Below, piece after piece: positions 47,391 through 55,928 of a stretch of 64,000 bases of DNA. Origin of the DNA: Bacteroidia bacterium (GTDB lineage: Bacteria > Bacteroidota > Bacteroidia > NS11-12g > UBA955); assembly GCA_044377005.1 (NCBI GenBank), contig JBILJV010000004.1, positions 7,698 through 71,697 on the forward strand. The letters are read 5' to 3'. A program made the translations under genes and the position numbers. The notes beneath the pieces are model-generated. The model was given only the letters and a program-made list of their open reading frames with translations. It was not told where the DNA came from and searched no databases. Numbering within the stretch: position 1 is the first letter of the stretch; every line of letters begins with the position of its first letter.

Positions 47391-48530
47391 ATGAAAAAAA
47401 TAGTTTTAGCATTAAGCATCGCCTTTACTTGTTTACAAGTCAATGCTCAAATAAGTGACGGTCCTGCAAGAGCAGGTCAATATGGATTTACTCAATTATT
47501 GGTTAATGGATGGGGAAGTTCAAGTGGAATGGGAAACGCATATTCATCAGGGGTATCTGGTGTAGAATCGTTTTACTTAAACATAGCTGGTTTAGGTAAA
47601 GTAACAAACACTGAAATCGCATTCAGTCGTACTTCTTGGTTAGGTGGAACTGGTATTAATATCAATACTTTTGGATTTGGTCAAAAAGTTGGAGAAGGTG
47701 TTGTCGGTATTAGCGTTCAGTCTTTTGCAATTGGTCAAATTCCAATTACAACAGTGGATCAACCGGATGGAGGAATAGGAACATACAAACCTTCAATCAG
47801 TAATGTAAATTTAGCATACGCCCACAATTTCTCAGAGAGAATTTCTGCAGGCTTGAATGTGAAAATAGCAAGTGAGTCAACTCCAGATGTTAGAGTTGGT
47901 GCAATGGCATTTGATGCTGGGTTACAATATGCTGACCAATTTTTAAGAGGAAAAGCAGTGAAATATCAAAATCCTGAAATGAATCCAGCTGCAGCTAGAG
48001 GAAGTGACATAAGATTTGGTGTAAGTATCAAAAATTTAGGAACAGATGTTAGACACACTGGAGATGGATTGGCTGCAAAGTCAAACATAAATGGCAAAGA
48101 GTTTACTTCAACTACTTCCCAAAGAGCTGATAAGGTATCATTACCTTCACAAATTAATATCGGTTTAGCTTATGATTTTAGATTAGATAAAGATGAAAAA
48201 ACATACTGGAATCGTTTAACAGCTGCTTTGAATTTTACGAATAATGTGGCTATGGCGAATCAAACTTCTTTAGGTTTAGAATATGCTTACAAAGAAATAT
48301 GGTTGTTAAGAGGTGGATTTAATTATGAAAAAGGTGTCTTTAATTACGAAACTAGAAATAATGCCTACACTGGTTTAAATTTAGGAACATCTATTCAAAT
48401 CCCTCTTATTAAGAAAAATGAAAAAGGTTTCCGCACGAAATCAGATGCACTTGCAATTGATTACTCATACAGAGCAACTAGACCTTTTACAGGAACTCAT
48501 ACTTTTGGTTTAAGAATCAAACTTGATTAA
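47391..48530 (+). CDS. PorV/PorQ-family-like (FadL-type) outer-membrane barrel
   Basis: 379 aa with a signal peptide ...LQVNAQ. The N-terminal G-rich segment SSSGMGNAYSSGVSGVESFYLNIAGLG parallels the GMGDAGVA...NPA motif of PorV/PorQ. The rest has a beta-barrel pattern. There is a 24-nt gap to the upstream gene. Confidence 0.55.
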   Translation: MKKIVLALSIAFTCLQVNAQISDGPARAGQYGFTQLLVNGWGSSSGMGNAYSSGVSGVESFYLNIAGLGKVTNTEIAFSRTSWLGGTGININTFGFGQKVGEGVVGISVQSFAIGQIPITTVDQPDGGIGTYKPSISNVNLAYAHNFSERISAGLNVKIASESTPDVRVGAMAFDAGLQYADQFLRGKAVKYQNPEMNPAAARGSDIRFGVSIKNLGTDVRHTGDGLAAKSNINGKEFTSTTSQRADKVSLPSQINIGLAYDFRLDKDEKTYWNRLTAALNFTNNVAMANQTSLGLEYAYKEIWLLRGGFNYEKGVFNYETRNNAYTGLNLGTSIQIPLIKKNEKGFRTKSDALAIDYSYRATRPFTGTHTFGLRIKLD

Positions 48531-48546
48531 TTAACAAAAAAAATAG

Positions 48547-48554
48547 TATTTTTG
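48547..48554 (+). promoter_or_regulatory. -7 box TAttTTTG upstream of greA, abutting the preceding terminator stem
   Basis: Exact TAnnTTTG match 56 nt before the greA ATG. Confidence 0.35.
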
Positions 48555-48555
48555 C

Positions 48556-48591
48556 ACAAGTGCTTTCATATAGAGAGCACTTGTTTTTTTT
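48556..48591 (+). terminator. intrinsic terminator closing the three-gene outer-membrane operon
   Basis: ACAAGTGCT-ttcatatagag-AGCACTTGT is a 9-bp stem followed by a run of 7 T. Confidence 0.7.
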
Positions 48592-48609
48592 AATAACCAA
48601 TATAATAAA

Positions 48610-49083
48610 ATGTCAGACATAGTATACTTAACCAAAGAAGGTTACGATAATTTAAAAAAAGAAATTGATGAACTTAAAAAAGTTCAAAGACCTGCTATTA
48701 GTGCACAAATTGCTGAGGCAAGGGACAAAGGGGATTTGTCTGAAAATGCAGAATATGATGCAGCTAAAGAAGCTCAAGGTTTGTTAGAAGCTAAAATTGC
48801 AAACCTTGAAACTATGTTTTCCAAAGCAAGGATTATTGATGAATCAAAATTAGATAATTCAAAAGTTAACTTGTTAAGTAAAGTTAAAGTAAAAAACTTA
48901 AATGCCAATCGAGAAATGTTATACATGATTGTTTCTGAAAAAGAAGCAGATATGAAATTGGGTAAAATATCTAGTAAATCAGCAATTGGAGCTGGCTTAA
49001 TAGGAAAAGCACAAGGTGATATTGTGGAAATTCAAGTGCCTGCAGGAATTGTAAAATTAGAAATTTTGTCAATTAGTTTATAA
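48610..49083 (+). CDS. greA: transcription elongation factor GreA
   Basis: Contains YLTKEGYDNLKKEIDELK...ARDKGDLSENAEYDAAKEAQG; 157 aa. Confidence 0.95.
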   Translation: MSDIVYLTKEGYDNLKKEIDELKKVQRPAISAQIAEARDKGDLSENAEYDAAKEAQGLLEAKIANLETMFSKARIIDESKLDNSKVNLLSKVKVKNLNANREMLYMIVSEKEADMKLGKISSKSAIGAGLIGKAQGDIVEIQVPAGIVKLEILSISL

Positions 49084-49090
49084 AGCGAGA

Positions 49091-49483
49091 ATGTCAACCA
49101 TTTTTGATAAAATCATTAACAAAGAAATTCCATGTTTTAAAATACATGAAAATGATGATTTTATGGCATTCTTAGATGTTAATCCAATTGCTATTGGACA
49201 TACTTTAGTGATCCCCAAAAATCCACAAGATTATATTTTTGATTTATCGGATAGTGATTTTATGGCTTTTCATTTGTATTCAAAAAAAATAGCTTCTGCT
49301 CTAAAAAAAACCATAAACTGTAAAAAAATAGGAGTGGCTGTTATAGGTCTTGAAGTGCCACACGCTCACATTCATTTAGTACCCATGAATCATGTAGGTG
49401 ACCTTAATTTTACTGGAGAAAGATTAGTATTGTCAAATATTCAGTATGAAGATATTTGCAAACAAATTTTATCGAATCTTTAA
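49091..49483 (+). CDS. HIT family (histidine triad) nucleotide hydrolase
   Basis: FLDVNPIAIGHTLVIPK and the histidine triad HAHIHLVP. Confidence 0.9.
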   Translation: MSTIFDKIINKEIPCFKIHENDDFMAFLDVNPIAIGHTLVIPKNPQDYIFDLSDSDFMAFHLYSKKIASALKKTINCKKIGVAVIGLEVPHAHIHLVPMNHVGDLNFTGERLVLSNIQYEDICKQILSNL

Positions 49484-49562
49484 TTCATTTGTCTTTCTTT
49501 TTACTAATATTTATAATTAAGTCACATTAGTTGTTATATTCGTATTTTCCTTTCTGTAATTT

Positions 49563-51974
49563 ATGAAGTGGTTAATTTTCGTTGTAGTTTTTTTTAGTGT
49601 GTTTATTACTAATGCGCAACGCTATACTATAAAAGGCCTAGTCAATAATTCTGCAGGAGAGCCTGTTGCATATGTTAATGTGTCTATATTGGATATGCCA
49701 AGTATGGGAACTACTACCAATTTAAAAGGAGAATATACATTTAAATTGGAAGAAGGAAGCTATACCTTAGTATATGATATTATAGGGTATAAAACTTTGA
49801 AATATCCTATAATTGTGAATAAAAATGCGATCATCAGTTCTGTTATTATTGAACAGGATGAAACTGAGTTTGTAGGCGTTAAAGTATCAATGAAAAAAGT
49901 TGATCGTTCTGAGGAAATCATTAGACAGGTTATTGCTAATAAATTAAAATATTTATATACCACAAGCTATTCAAATGAGGCTTATATTAAAGCGACTTTA
50001 GTAAATGAATTCGCAGTGAGTAAAAATGATACTTTAGATTCATTGTCAACCCCGAATCTTACTATGGCAGAAATTCATTTGAAAACCTTTTTTTCGACAC
50101 CCAATAAAATCAAAGAGGAAAGAAAGGCTGTAGTTTTAAGAGGCAATACCCAAGATTTGTTTTATTTGAGTCATACAGAAGGAGATTTTAATTTTTATAA
50201 GAATTTAATTCAAGTGCCTGCATTAAGTGAGTCACCTCTACTATCCCCCATTTCAAACAGTGGGCTTGTTGCTTATAAGTATAAATGGATGGGTGTTTTC
50301 TATGAAAATAATATTAAGTATTACAGAATAAAAGTAAGTCCGGGATTGTTAGGGAATGCACTCTTTAGCGGTGAATTAGTAATTCAAGACAGTACATGGT
50401 CAATAAAGTCATTAAGCTTGGTCGCGCCCAAGTATCACACACCTGAATATGATTTTTTTGAAGTCAATCAAACCTATGGTTTTGAATTAGGAAAGTATCA
50501 TTTAACAAGACAAGAATTTAATTATCAAACAGGAACCAAAAAAAAACACACAAATGGAAAAACTATAGTAGTTTACTCAAATTTCGAAGATTCAGTAATA
50601 CTGAACAAACGGTTTTTTAATAATGAGTTAAGTTCAACAGCAAAAGAAGCATATGAAAAAGATTCACTCTATTGGCAAGGCATTCGTAAGGAACCCTACT
50701 CGTCATTAGAGATAGCTTTTATACGTAAATCAGACAGTTTGATTGCCTTAAAATCTCAGAAGTTTTGGCAAGACTCAGTTGATGCTGTTTTTAATAAAAT
50801 TACTTTAAAAAAATTATTCTTATTTGGCCAAGGCAATTACGATAGAAGTAATGAACGAACATGGTCTTTTAAACCTTTAGTTTTTGTATATCAGCCATTA
50901 TATATTGCTGGTCCTAGGGTAGATTATTGGGTTGCGTATAACAAAGAAAATAAAAATAAGAAAGAGTTTAATGCATTTGTTCGGGCCAATATGGGAACTA
51001 TTAACAAAGATTTAAAAGGTAATATTTCATTAACAAGGTTATATAACCCATTTAAAAGAGCCTCCTATTCCATGAGTATAGGAAGTGATTTTGGAATTAT
51101 TAACCCCTTTGAATCTTGGATTAGATTGTTTTCAAGAGCAAACTTTTATGTACATGATTTTGTTAGTTTTTCTCATCGTAAGGAAATTATAAACGGATTG
51201 TATGTGAGATTGGGAACTGAATTTTCAAATAGAAGGTCTGTGAGTAATTTAACATTTGATTCAAGAGGCGATAGTTTATGGGGAGGTAATACTGATATTA
51301 TTGATTTTAGTTATTACAAAGCAATGTATTTTTCGACATTTATAAGTTATGTTCCATTTCAGAAATATGTACGGGAACCTTATCAAAAGTTAATATTAGG
51401 TTCGGCTTGGCCTGAGTTATTTTTGAGTTATCGAAAGGGCGTTCCATACTTAGGAAGTGTTGTAGATTTTGATTATATGGAATTTGGAATTGAACACGAT
51501 TTAAAAGTAGGCTTGTTGGGTAATACCAAATATAGATTTGTAAGTGGAGAATTTCTTCAATCCAAAGATTTAAGAATAGTTGATTATAAATTTCAACGCA
51601 GAGCAGGTCCTATATTTTTTACCAATCCATTGTTTTCATTTCAAGGGATAGATAGCACATACAATACCTTAAAACGCTTTTATGAATTCCATTATTTACA
51701 CCGTTTTAACGGAGCATTAATAAACAAATTGCCATTACTGAAAAAGTTAAATGTCATAGAAGTAGCTGGTGCAGGTTTTTTATATACCCAAGAAAGAAAA
51801 TTTAGATATGTAGAAGGTTTTGTAGGAATAGAAAAAATTATACGTTTTTGGAATGAACGATTTAAGTTAGGTGTTTTTTTGGTAGCAGCTCAAAGTAATT
51901 TATACACATACAGACCTCAATTAAAATTTACAATTGAAGCTTATGATAAAGTGCGAAATAAATGGCCATACTAA
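49563..51974 (+). CDS. CarboxypepD_reg-like domain protein with large uncharacterised C-terminal region (DUF5686-like)
   Basis: Signal peptide, YTIKGLVNNSAGEPVAYVNVSILD...GEYTFKLEEGSYTLV beta-sandwich, then about 700 aa with no motif I can assign. Confidence 0.5.
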   Translation: MKWLIFVVVFFSVFITNAQRYTIKGLVNNSAGEPVAYVNVSILDMPSMGTTTNLKGEYTFKLEEGSYTLVYDIIGYKTLKYPIIVNKNAIISSVIIEQDETEFVGVKVSMKKVDRSEEIIRQVIANKLKYLYTTSYSNEAYIKATLVNEFAVSKNDTLDSLSTPNLTMAEIHLKTFFSTPNKIKEERKAVVLRGNTQDLFYLSHTEGDFNFYKNLIQVPALSESPLLSPISNSGLVAYKYKWMGVFYENNIKYYRIKVSPGLLGNALFSGELVIQDSTWSIKSLSLVAPKYHTPEYDFFEVNQTYGFELGKYHLTRQEFNYQTGTKKKHTNGKTIVVYSNFEDSVILNKRFFNNELSSTAKEAYEKDSLYWQGIRKEPYSSLEIAFIRKSDSLIALKSQKFWQDSVDAVFNKITLKKLFLFGQGNYDRSNERTWSFKPLVFVYQPLYIAGPRVDYWVAYNKENKNKKEFNAFVRANMGTINKDLKGNISLTRLYNPFKRASYSMSIGSDFGIINPFESWIRLFSRANFYVHDFVSFSHRKEIINGLYVRLGTEFSNRRSVSNLTFDSRGDSLWGGNTDIIDFSYYKAMYFSTFISYVPFQKYVREPYQKLILGSAWPELFLSYRKGVPYLGSVVDFDYMEFGIEHDLKVGLLGNTKYRFVSGEFLQSKDLRIVDYKFQRRAGPIFFTNPLFSFQGIDSTYNTLKRFYEFHYLHRFNGALINKLPLLKKLNVIEVAGAGFLYTQERKFRYVEGFVGIEKIIRFWNERFKLGVFLVAAQSNLYTYRPQLKFTIEAYDKVRNKWPY

Positions 51975-52865
51975 TTAGAATTCAAGACATTTTTGTTTCC
52001 CATTCATTTTACTTCTACCTCTTCGCATATTCCCGAAATCCGATCCTTTTTTTCCATTACCTAAGGTTATATTGTATGCGAAACAAATAAAGAAAAACGT
52101 ATCATTGTCTTTGGGGTCACCTCTTATAGCACCCGGGGAGCTAAATCCTGGGATATCAGAAATATTTCTGTCAGCTAATGCGGCAGCATCTGGGCCTTTA
52201 GCGGCTATTAATAAACTTTGATCAACATAATTAGTACTAACATCATCAATATAATCGGTTGTTGTTTTTCTTAAATTAAGTTCTAATGACAAAAATTGTC
52301 CTCTACCAACAGCCCATTTATAACCAATTCCGTGCGGGAAACACAATGCACTTAATTTGTATGGCTCTTTCCCAGTTAACGCAAACTGACCTTCTGTTCC
52401 GTAATTTCTTAGCTCATAAATGTTGCCATTTAATTTTGTTTTGGGATTAAATGTAAAGTATCCAACACCACCAAAAAAATACCACATCCCTTTTTTATTT
52501 CTTGAATTATAAAGATTGATTTCTGCAGTAACATCTCCTTCAAATATATTACTGTAAAAGTTTAAGTTTCTACCTTTGCGTTCTTTGTTTGAGGTATATT
52601 TGTCATTGGCAGAAACTCTAGCATACCAAATGTTAGTTCTTATAGCAAAATATTTATTTAAATTAAACCTTAGTCCTGTTGTAGCGGCATATCGGGTTGA
52701 GAGTATGTCTAAGTCTTGAAAATCATTGGTGCCAAGAAAAGGCTTTCCCCCTAAATCACCAAGAAAATGACTTGATGAAACGCCAAACATAAAGTCAACG
52801 GATTGAGCATAAGGTTTTATACTTAGTGTAAGAATTAAAATTATTAGATTAAGTGTTTTATTCAT
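51975..52865 (-). CDS. outer-membrane beta-barrel protein (unknown family)
   Basis: Signal peptide ...KPYAQS, amphipathic strand pattern, and a basic C-terminal tail ending ...CLEF. Confidence 0.4.
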   Translation of the reverse strand: MNKTLNLIILILTLSIKPYAQSVDFMFGVSSSHFLGDLGGKPFLGTNDFQDLDILSTRYAATTGLRFNLNKYFAIRTNIWYARVSANDKYTSNKERKGRNLNFYSNIFEGDVTAEINLYNSRNKKGMWYFFGGVGYFTFNPKTKLNGNIYELRNYGTEGQFALTGKEPYKLSALCFPHGIGYKWAVGRGQFLSLELNLRKTTTDYIDDVSTNYVDQSLLIAAKGPDAAALADRNISDIPGFSSPGAIRGDPKDNDTFFFICFAYNITLGNGKKGSDFGNMRRGRSKMNGKQKCLEF

Positions 52866-52910
52866 TATTTTTGATATAATTGTAATGTAAATATAGGTGT
52901 TTTGTAATTA

Positions 52911-53558
52911 TTAATCAAAATTTTTAATTTTAAAAAGTTCAAAGTTATTATCGTATAAAACCGATATGACATTCATATTTATAAGCTTGATTAAACTTCT
53001 TATAATTGTTCTTTTTTTGAAGGGTAGCTTGCTAAGTAAATAATTTAGCTTAATAGGTCCATTTTTACGCATTATTTGCATGATTTCCGATTCAAAAAAG
53101 CCATAAGTGTTTTTGCCTATGTTTTGAGTTTTGTTATTAAATTTAAGCCATTCATAAGTAACAATGCCTGCTTTGAACGTGTGATCCTCTTGTCTGATAT
53201 ATACAATTTTATTTTTTCCCGCATCTAAAGCGAATACAGGTTTTTCGGGAATTTCTTCAATATTAACCTCTAAGATAATTTTTTTATCAATGGAGTGCTC
53301 CTTAAATTTTAATTCTACAGGGGGAACACAATAAAGTTGTGCTGCCAATTCAATCATGTATTTTTCTTCCTCTGATTTAACACCTGCAATGGTTTTATTA
53401 TCCCTTACACCCACTAATAATGTACCTCCTTTGGTATTGGCAAATGCACAAATTGTTTTGGCGATTTTATAAGCATCAGAAATGGTGTGTTTAAAATCAA
53501 GATGAAGTCCTTCTCCATTAAAAATTAATTGATTGATATGATTTAAGTTTTTTATCAA
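52911..53558 (-). CDS. AlbA_2 (Schlafen-type) DNA-binding domain protein with C-terminal winged-helix-like region
   Basis: GEGLHLDFKHTISDAYKIAKTICAFANTKGGTLLVGVRDNKTIAGV matches the AlbA_2 core motif (E..FK....i.AfANt.GG.l.iGv.D.g.i.G). Confidence 0.55.
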   Translation of the reverse strand: MIKNLNHINQLIFNGEGLHLDFKHTISDAYKIAKTICAFANTKGGTLLVGVRDNKTIAGVKSEEEKYMIELAAQLYCVPPVELKFKEHSIDKKIILEVNIEEIPEKPVFALDAGKNKIVYIRQEDHTFKAGIVTYEWLKFNNKTQNIGKNTYGFFESEIMQIMRKNGPIKLNYLLSKLPFKKRTIIRSLIKLINMNVISVLYDNNFELFKIKNFD

Positions 53559-53562
53559 TTAC

Positions 53563-54792
53563 TTATTCTGATGTAAAAATTAGACGACTCATTTGATCAA
53601 TTTCGAAAATTTCATTAGCTATATCCTGAATAGTATTTGCTTTAATGTCTTCAATTTTTTTGATTGCATCTTCCAAACTTTCAATAGGATAGTCCTGAGC
53701 TAAGTTTTTTCCAAGGGCAAGTATTACATTCAAGCGATGTTCTTCTGATAAAGAAATTTGACCAATAAATTGATTCTTTGCTTGATTGAGTTGTAAAGTG
53801 CTTAGCGGTTTAGTTTTTAATAAGTTTAACTCTTTATTAATTAAATCGATAGCCTTGTATAAATATTTTTTTTCAGTTGAGAAATAACAATGAAATAATC
53901 CTGTGTCTTTAAATGCCGAATAACCACTTTCAATGTTATAAGTATAGCCATATTTTTCTCTAATGCTAAGATTTAACCTTGAATTCATGCCTGGCCCACC
54001 CAATAAATTATTAAGCAATAATAAAGGTATTCTGTTTTTGTGATGATATGGATATGCAATATTCCCTATAATAGAATGACATTGAATATGTTCTGTTTTT
54101 TTTATTTGGGCTGTTTTTTGGTAGTGCTTAAATACATCTCTTTCAGGAATTGGTTTGTTAGGTAATTCCGATATACATATCTTTTCAATGTGCTTTAATG
54201 CCTCATTAAAGGGCAATGAAGAGCTTATACTTAAAGCAATATTAGAAGTTTGGTAATACGTATTATGAAAATCAATTAAAGTTTTTTGTTGGATTTGTTG
54301 AATACTTTCTTGTGAGCCTAAAATATTAGGGCCTAATGAATGTTTGTTAAATATTGACTCCTGAAATTCATCGTAGATGTTTTCTTCTGGAGTGTCCAAA
54401 TACATGTTTATTTCCTCAGAAATCACCTTTTTTTCTTTTGTTAATTCTTTCTCAGGAAAAGTTGAATTAAATGTCAAATCACTCAATAGCTCTAGAGCTC
54501 TTTTGAAATGAGGTGCTGTTACTGTCGCATAAATAGTGGTTATTTCTTTGGTTGTAAAAGCATTCATTTCACCTCCAACGATTTCCAATCTATTAATAAT
54601 GTGATAAGCATTTCTTTTTTTAGTGCCTTTGAATAACATATGCTCAAAACAATGGGCTGTGCCGGGTATTTCTCCATCATCTCTCGAACCTGCATGGATA
54701 GTAAACGCAATATGCGAAGCTATAGCCTGAGGATAATGATGGTACATTATTTTTAATCCATTGTTTAATGTATGTATAATATAGTCTTTCAA
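53563..54792 (-). CDS. M16 family (pitrilysin/insulinase-like) zinc peptidase
   Basis: Inverted zinc motif HCFEHMLFKGT (HxxEH); 409 aa two-lobe size. Confidence 0.85.
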   Translation of the reverse strand: MKDYIIHTLNNGLKIMYHHYPQAIASHIAFTIHAGSRDDGEIPGTAHCFEHMLFKGTKKRNAYHIINRLEIVGGEMNAFTTKEITTIYATVTAPHFKRALELLSDLTFNSTFPEKELTKEKKVISEEINMYLDTPEENIYDEFQESIFNKHSLGPNILGSQESIQQIQQKTLIDFHNTYYQTSNIALSISSSLPFNEALKHIEKICISELPNKPIPERDVFKHYQKTAQIKKTEHIQCHSIIGNIAYPYHHKNRIPLLLLNNLLGGPGMNSRLNLSIREKYGYTYNIESGYSAFKDTGLFHCYFSTEKKYLYKAIDLINKELNLLKTKPLSTLQLNQAKNQFIGQISLSEEHRLNVILALGKNLAQDYPIESLEDAIKKIEDIKANTIQDIANEIFEIDQMSRLIFTSE

Positions 54793-55731
54793 TTAGAATG
54801 AAATTAGAGAAGATTTAGCAAGTTCGTATTCTTTTATTAAGTTGGAAAATAGCTCTGCAACCGGTCGAGATTCTTTAATCATGGAAGCGACTTGACCAAT
54901 TTCAAGTTCACCTTCTATCAAATCACCCTCAAACATCCCTTTTTTTGCTCTGCCACGGCCAAGTAATTTCTCAAGTTCTTCCTTGCTCGCACAATTCTGT
55001 TCAGCTTGTTTTACTAAATCATAAAAAGGATTTTTTATTAATCTAACAGGAGTTAGTGATTTCAAACTTAGTTCTGTGCCACCATCTTCTGTTTCTATTA
55101 TTTTGTTTTTAAAGTTCTGATGTGCACTACTTTCGGTACTTGAGGCAAATAAGCTGCCTATTTGTACACCATCTGCACCTAATGCCATACAAGCTAATAT
55201 AGCATTTCCGCTTCCTATTCCACCTGCTGCTATTACAGGAATATTAACGGCCTTTTTTATCATAGGAATTAAACACAATGTTGTAGTTTCCTCACGGCCA
55301 TTATGGCCGCCCGCTTCAAAACCTTCTGCTACAATTGCATCAACCCCTGCTAGTTCACTTTTTATAGCAAATTTTGTATTTGATACAACATGAACCACTG
55401 TAATTCCATGTTCTTTTAATTTACTTGTCCATATCGCTGGATTTCCTGCACTTGTAAACACTATTTTTACACCTTCTTCTATAATGATAGCCATATGCTT
55501 TTCAATATCCGGGTATAGTAAAGGAACGTTTACACCAAATGGTTGGGAGCAAACCTCTTTGCATTTTTGGATATGTTCTCTCAGAATTTCAGGATACATA
55601 CTTCCAGAACCAATAAGACCTAATCCGCCATTATTGCTTACAGCTGAAGCTAATTGCCAACCACTGCACCAAATCATACCTCCCTGAATAATGGGATACT
55701 TGATTTTAAATAATTCAGAGATTTTGTTCAT
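54793..55731 (-). CDS. NAD(P)H-dependent flavin oxidoreductase (nitronate monooxygenase / FabK-like)
   Basis: Contains YPIIQGGMIWCSGWQLASAVSNNGGLG, EAGGH and AAGGIGSG. The start is moved to ATG 55731 because a TAtcTTTG box lies inside the longer track ORF. Confidence 0.8.
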   Translation of the reverse strand: MNKISELFKIKYPIIQGGMIWCSGWQLASAVSNNGGLGLIGSGSMYPEILREHIQKCKEVCSQPFGVNVPLLYPDIEKHMAIIIEEGVKIVFTSAGNPAIWTSKLKEHGITVVHVVSNTKFAIKSELAGVDAIVAEGFEAGGHNGREETTTLCLIPMIKKAVNIPVIAAGGIGSGNAILACMALGADGVQIGSLFASSTESSAHQNFKNKIIETEDGGTELSLKSLTPVRLIKNPFYDLVKQAEQNCASKEELEKLLGRGRAKKGMFEGDLIEGELEIGQVASMIKESRPVAELFSNLIKEYELAKSSLISF

Positions 55732-55759
55732 TTTGTTTTTGTAAAAACTTAATATGATG

Positions 55760-55767
55760 CAAAGATA
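55760..55767 (-). promoter_or_regulatory. -7 box TAtcTTTG for the oxidoreductase-M16-AlbA_2 operon
   Basis: The minus strand reads TATCTTTGcatcatattaagtttttacaaaaacaaaATGAAC. Confidence 0.4.
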
Positions 55768-55928
55768 CAAATTAATGAATCGAGGTATTCTATGCCTTCT
55801 GTAAAGATTGTACCAATGTGTATTGAATAGTATGCATTTAAATTTATGTTGATTTAGGGTTAATAATTAATCTATATAAAGTATTCTGTTTTTGAGTTAA
55901 GTTTGAACCTAAATTATTCTAAACTAAA

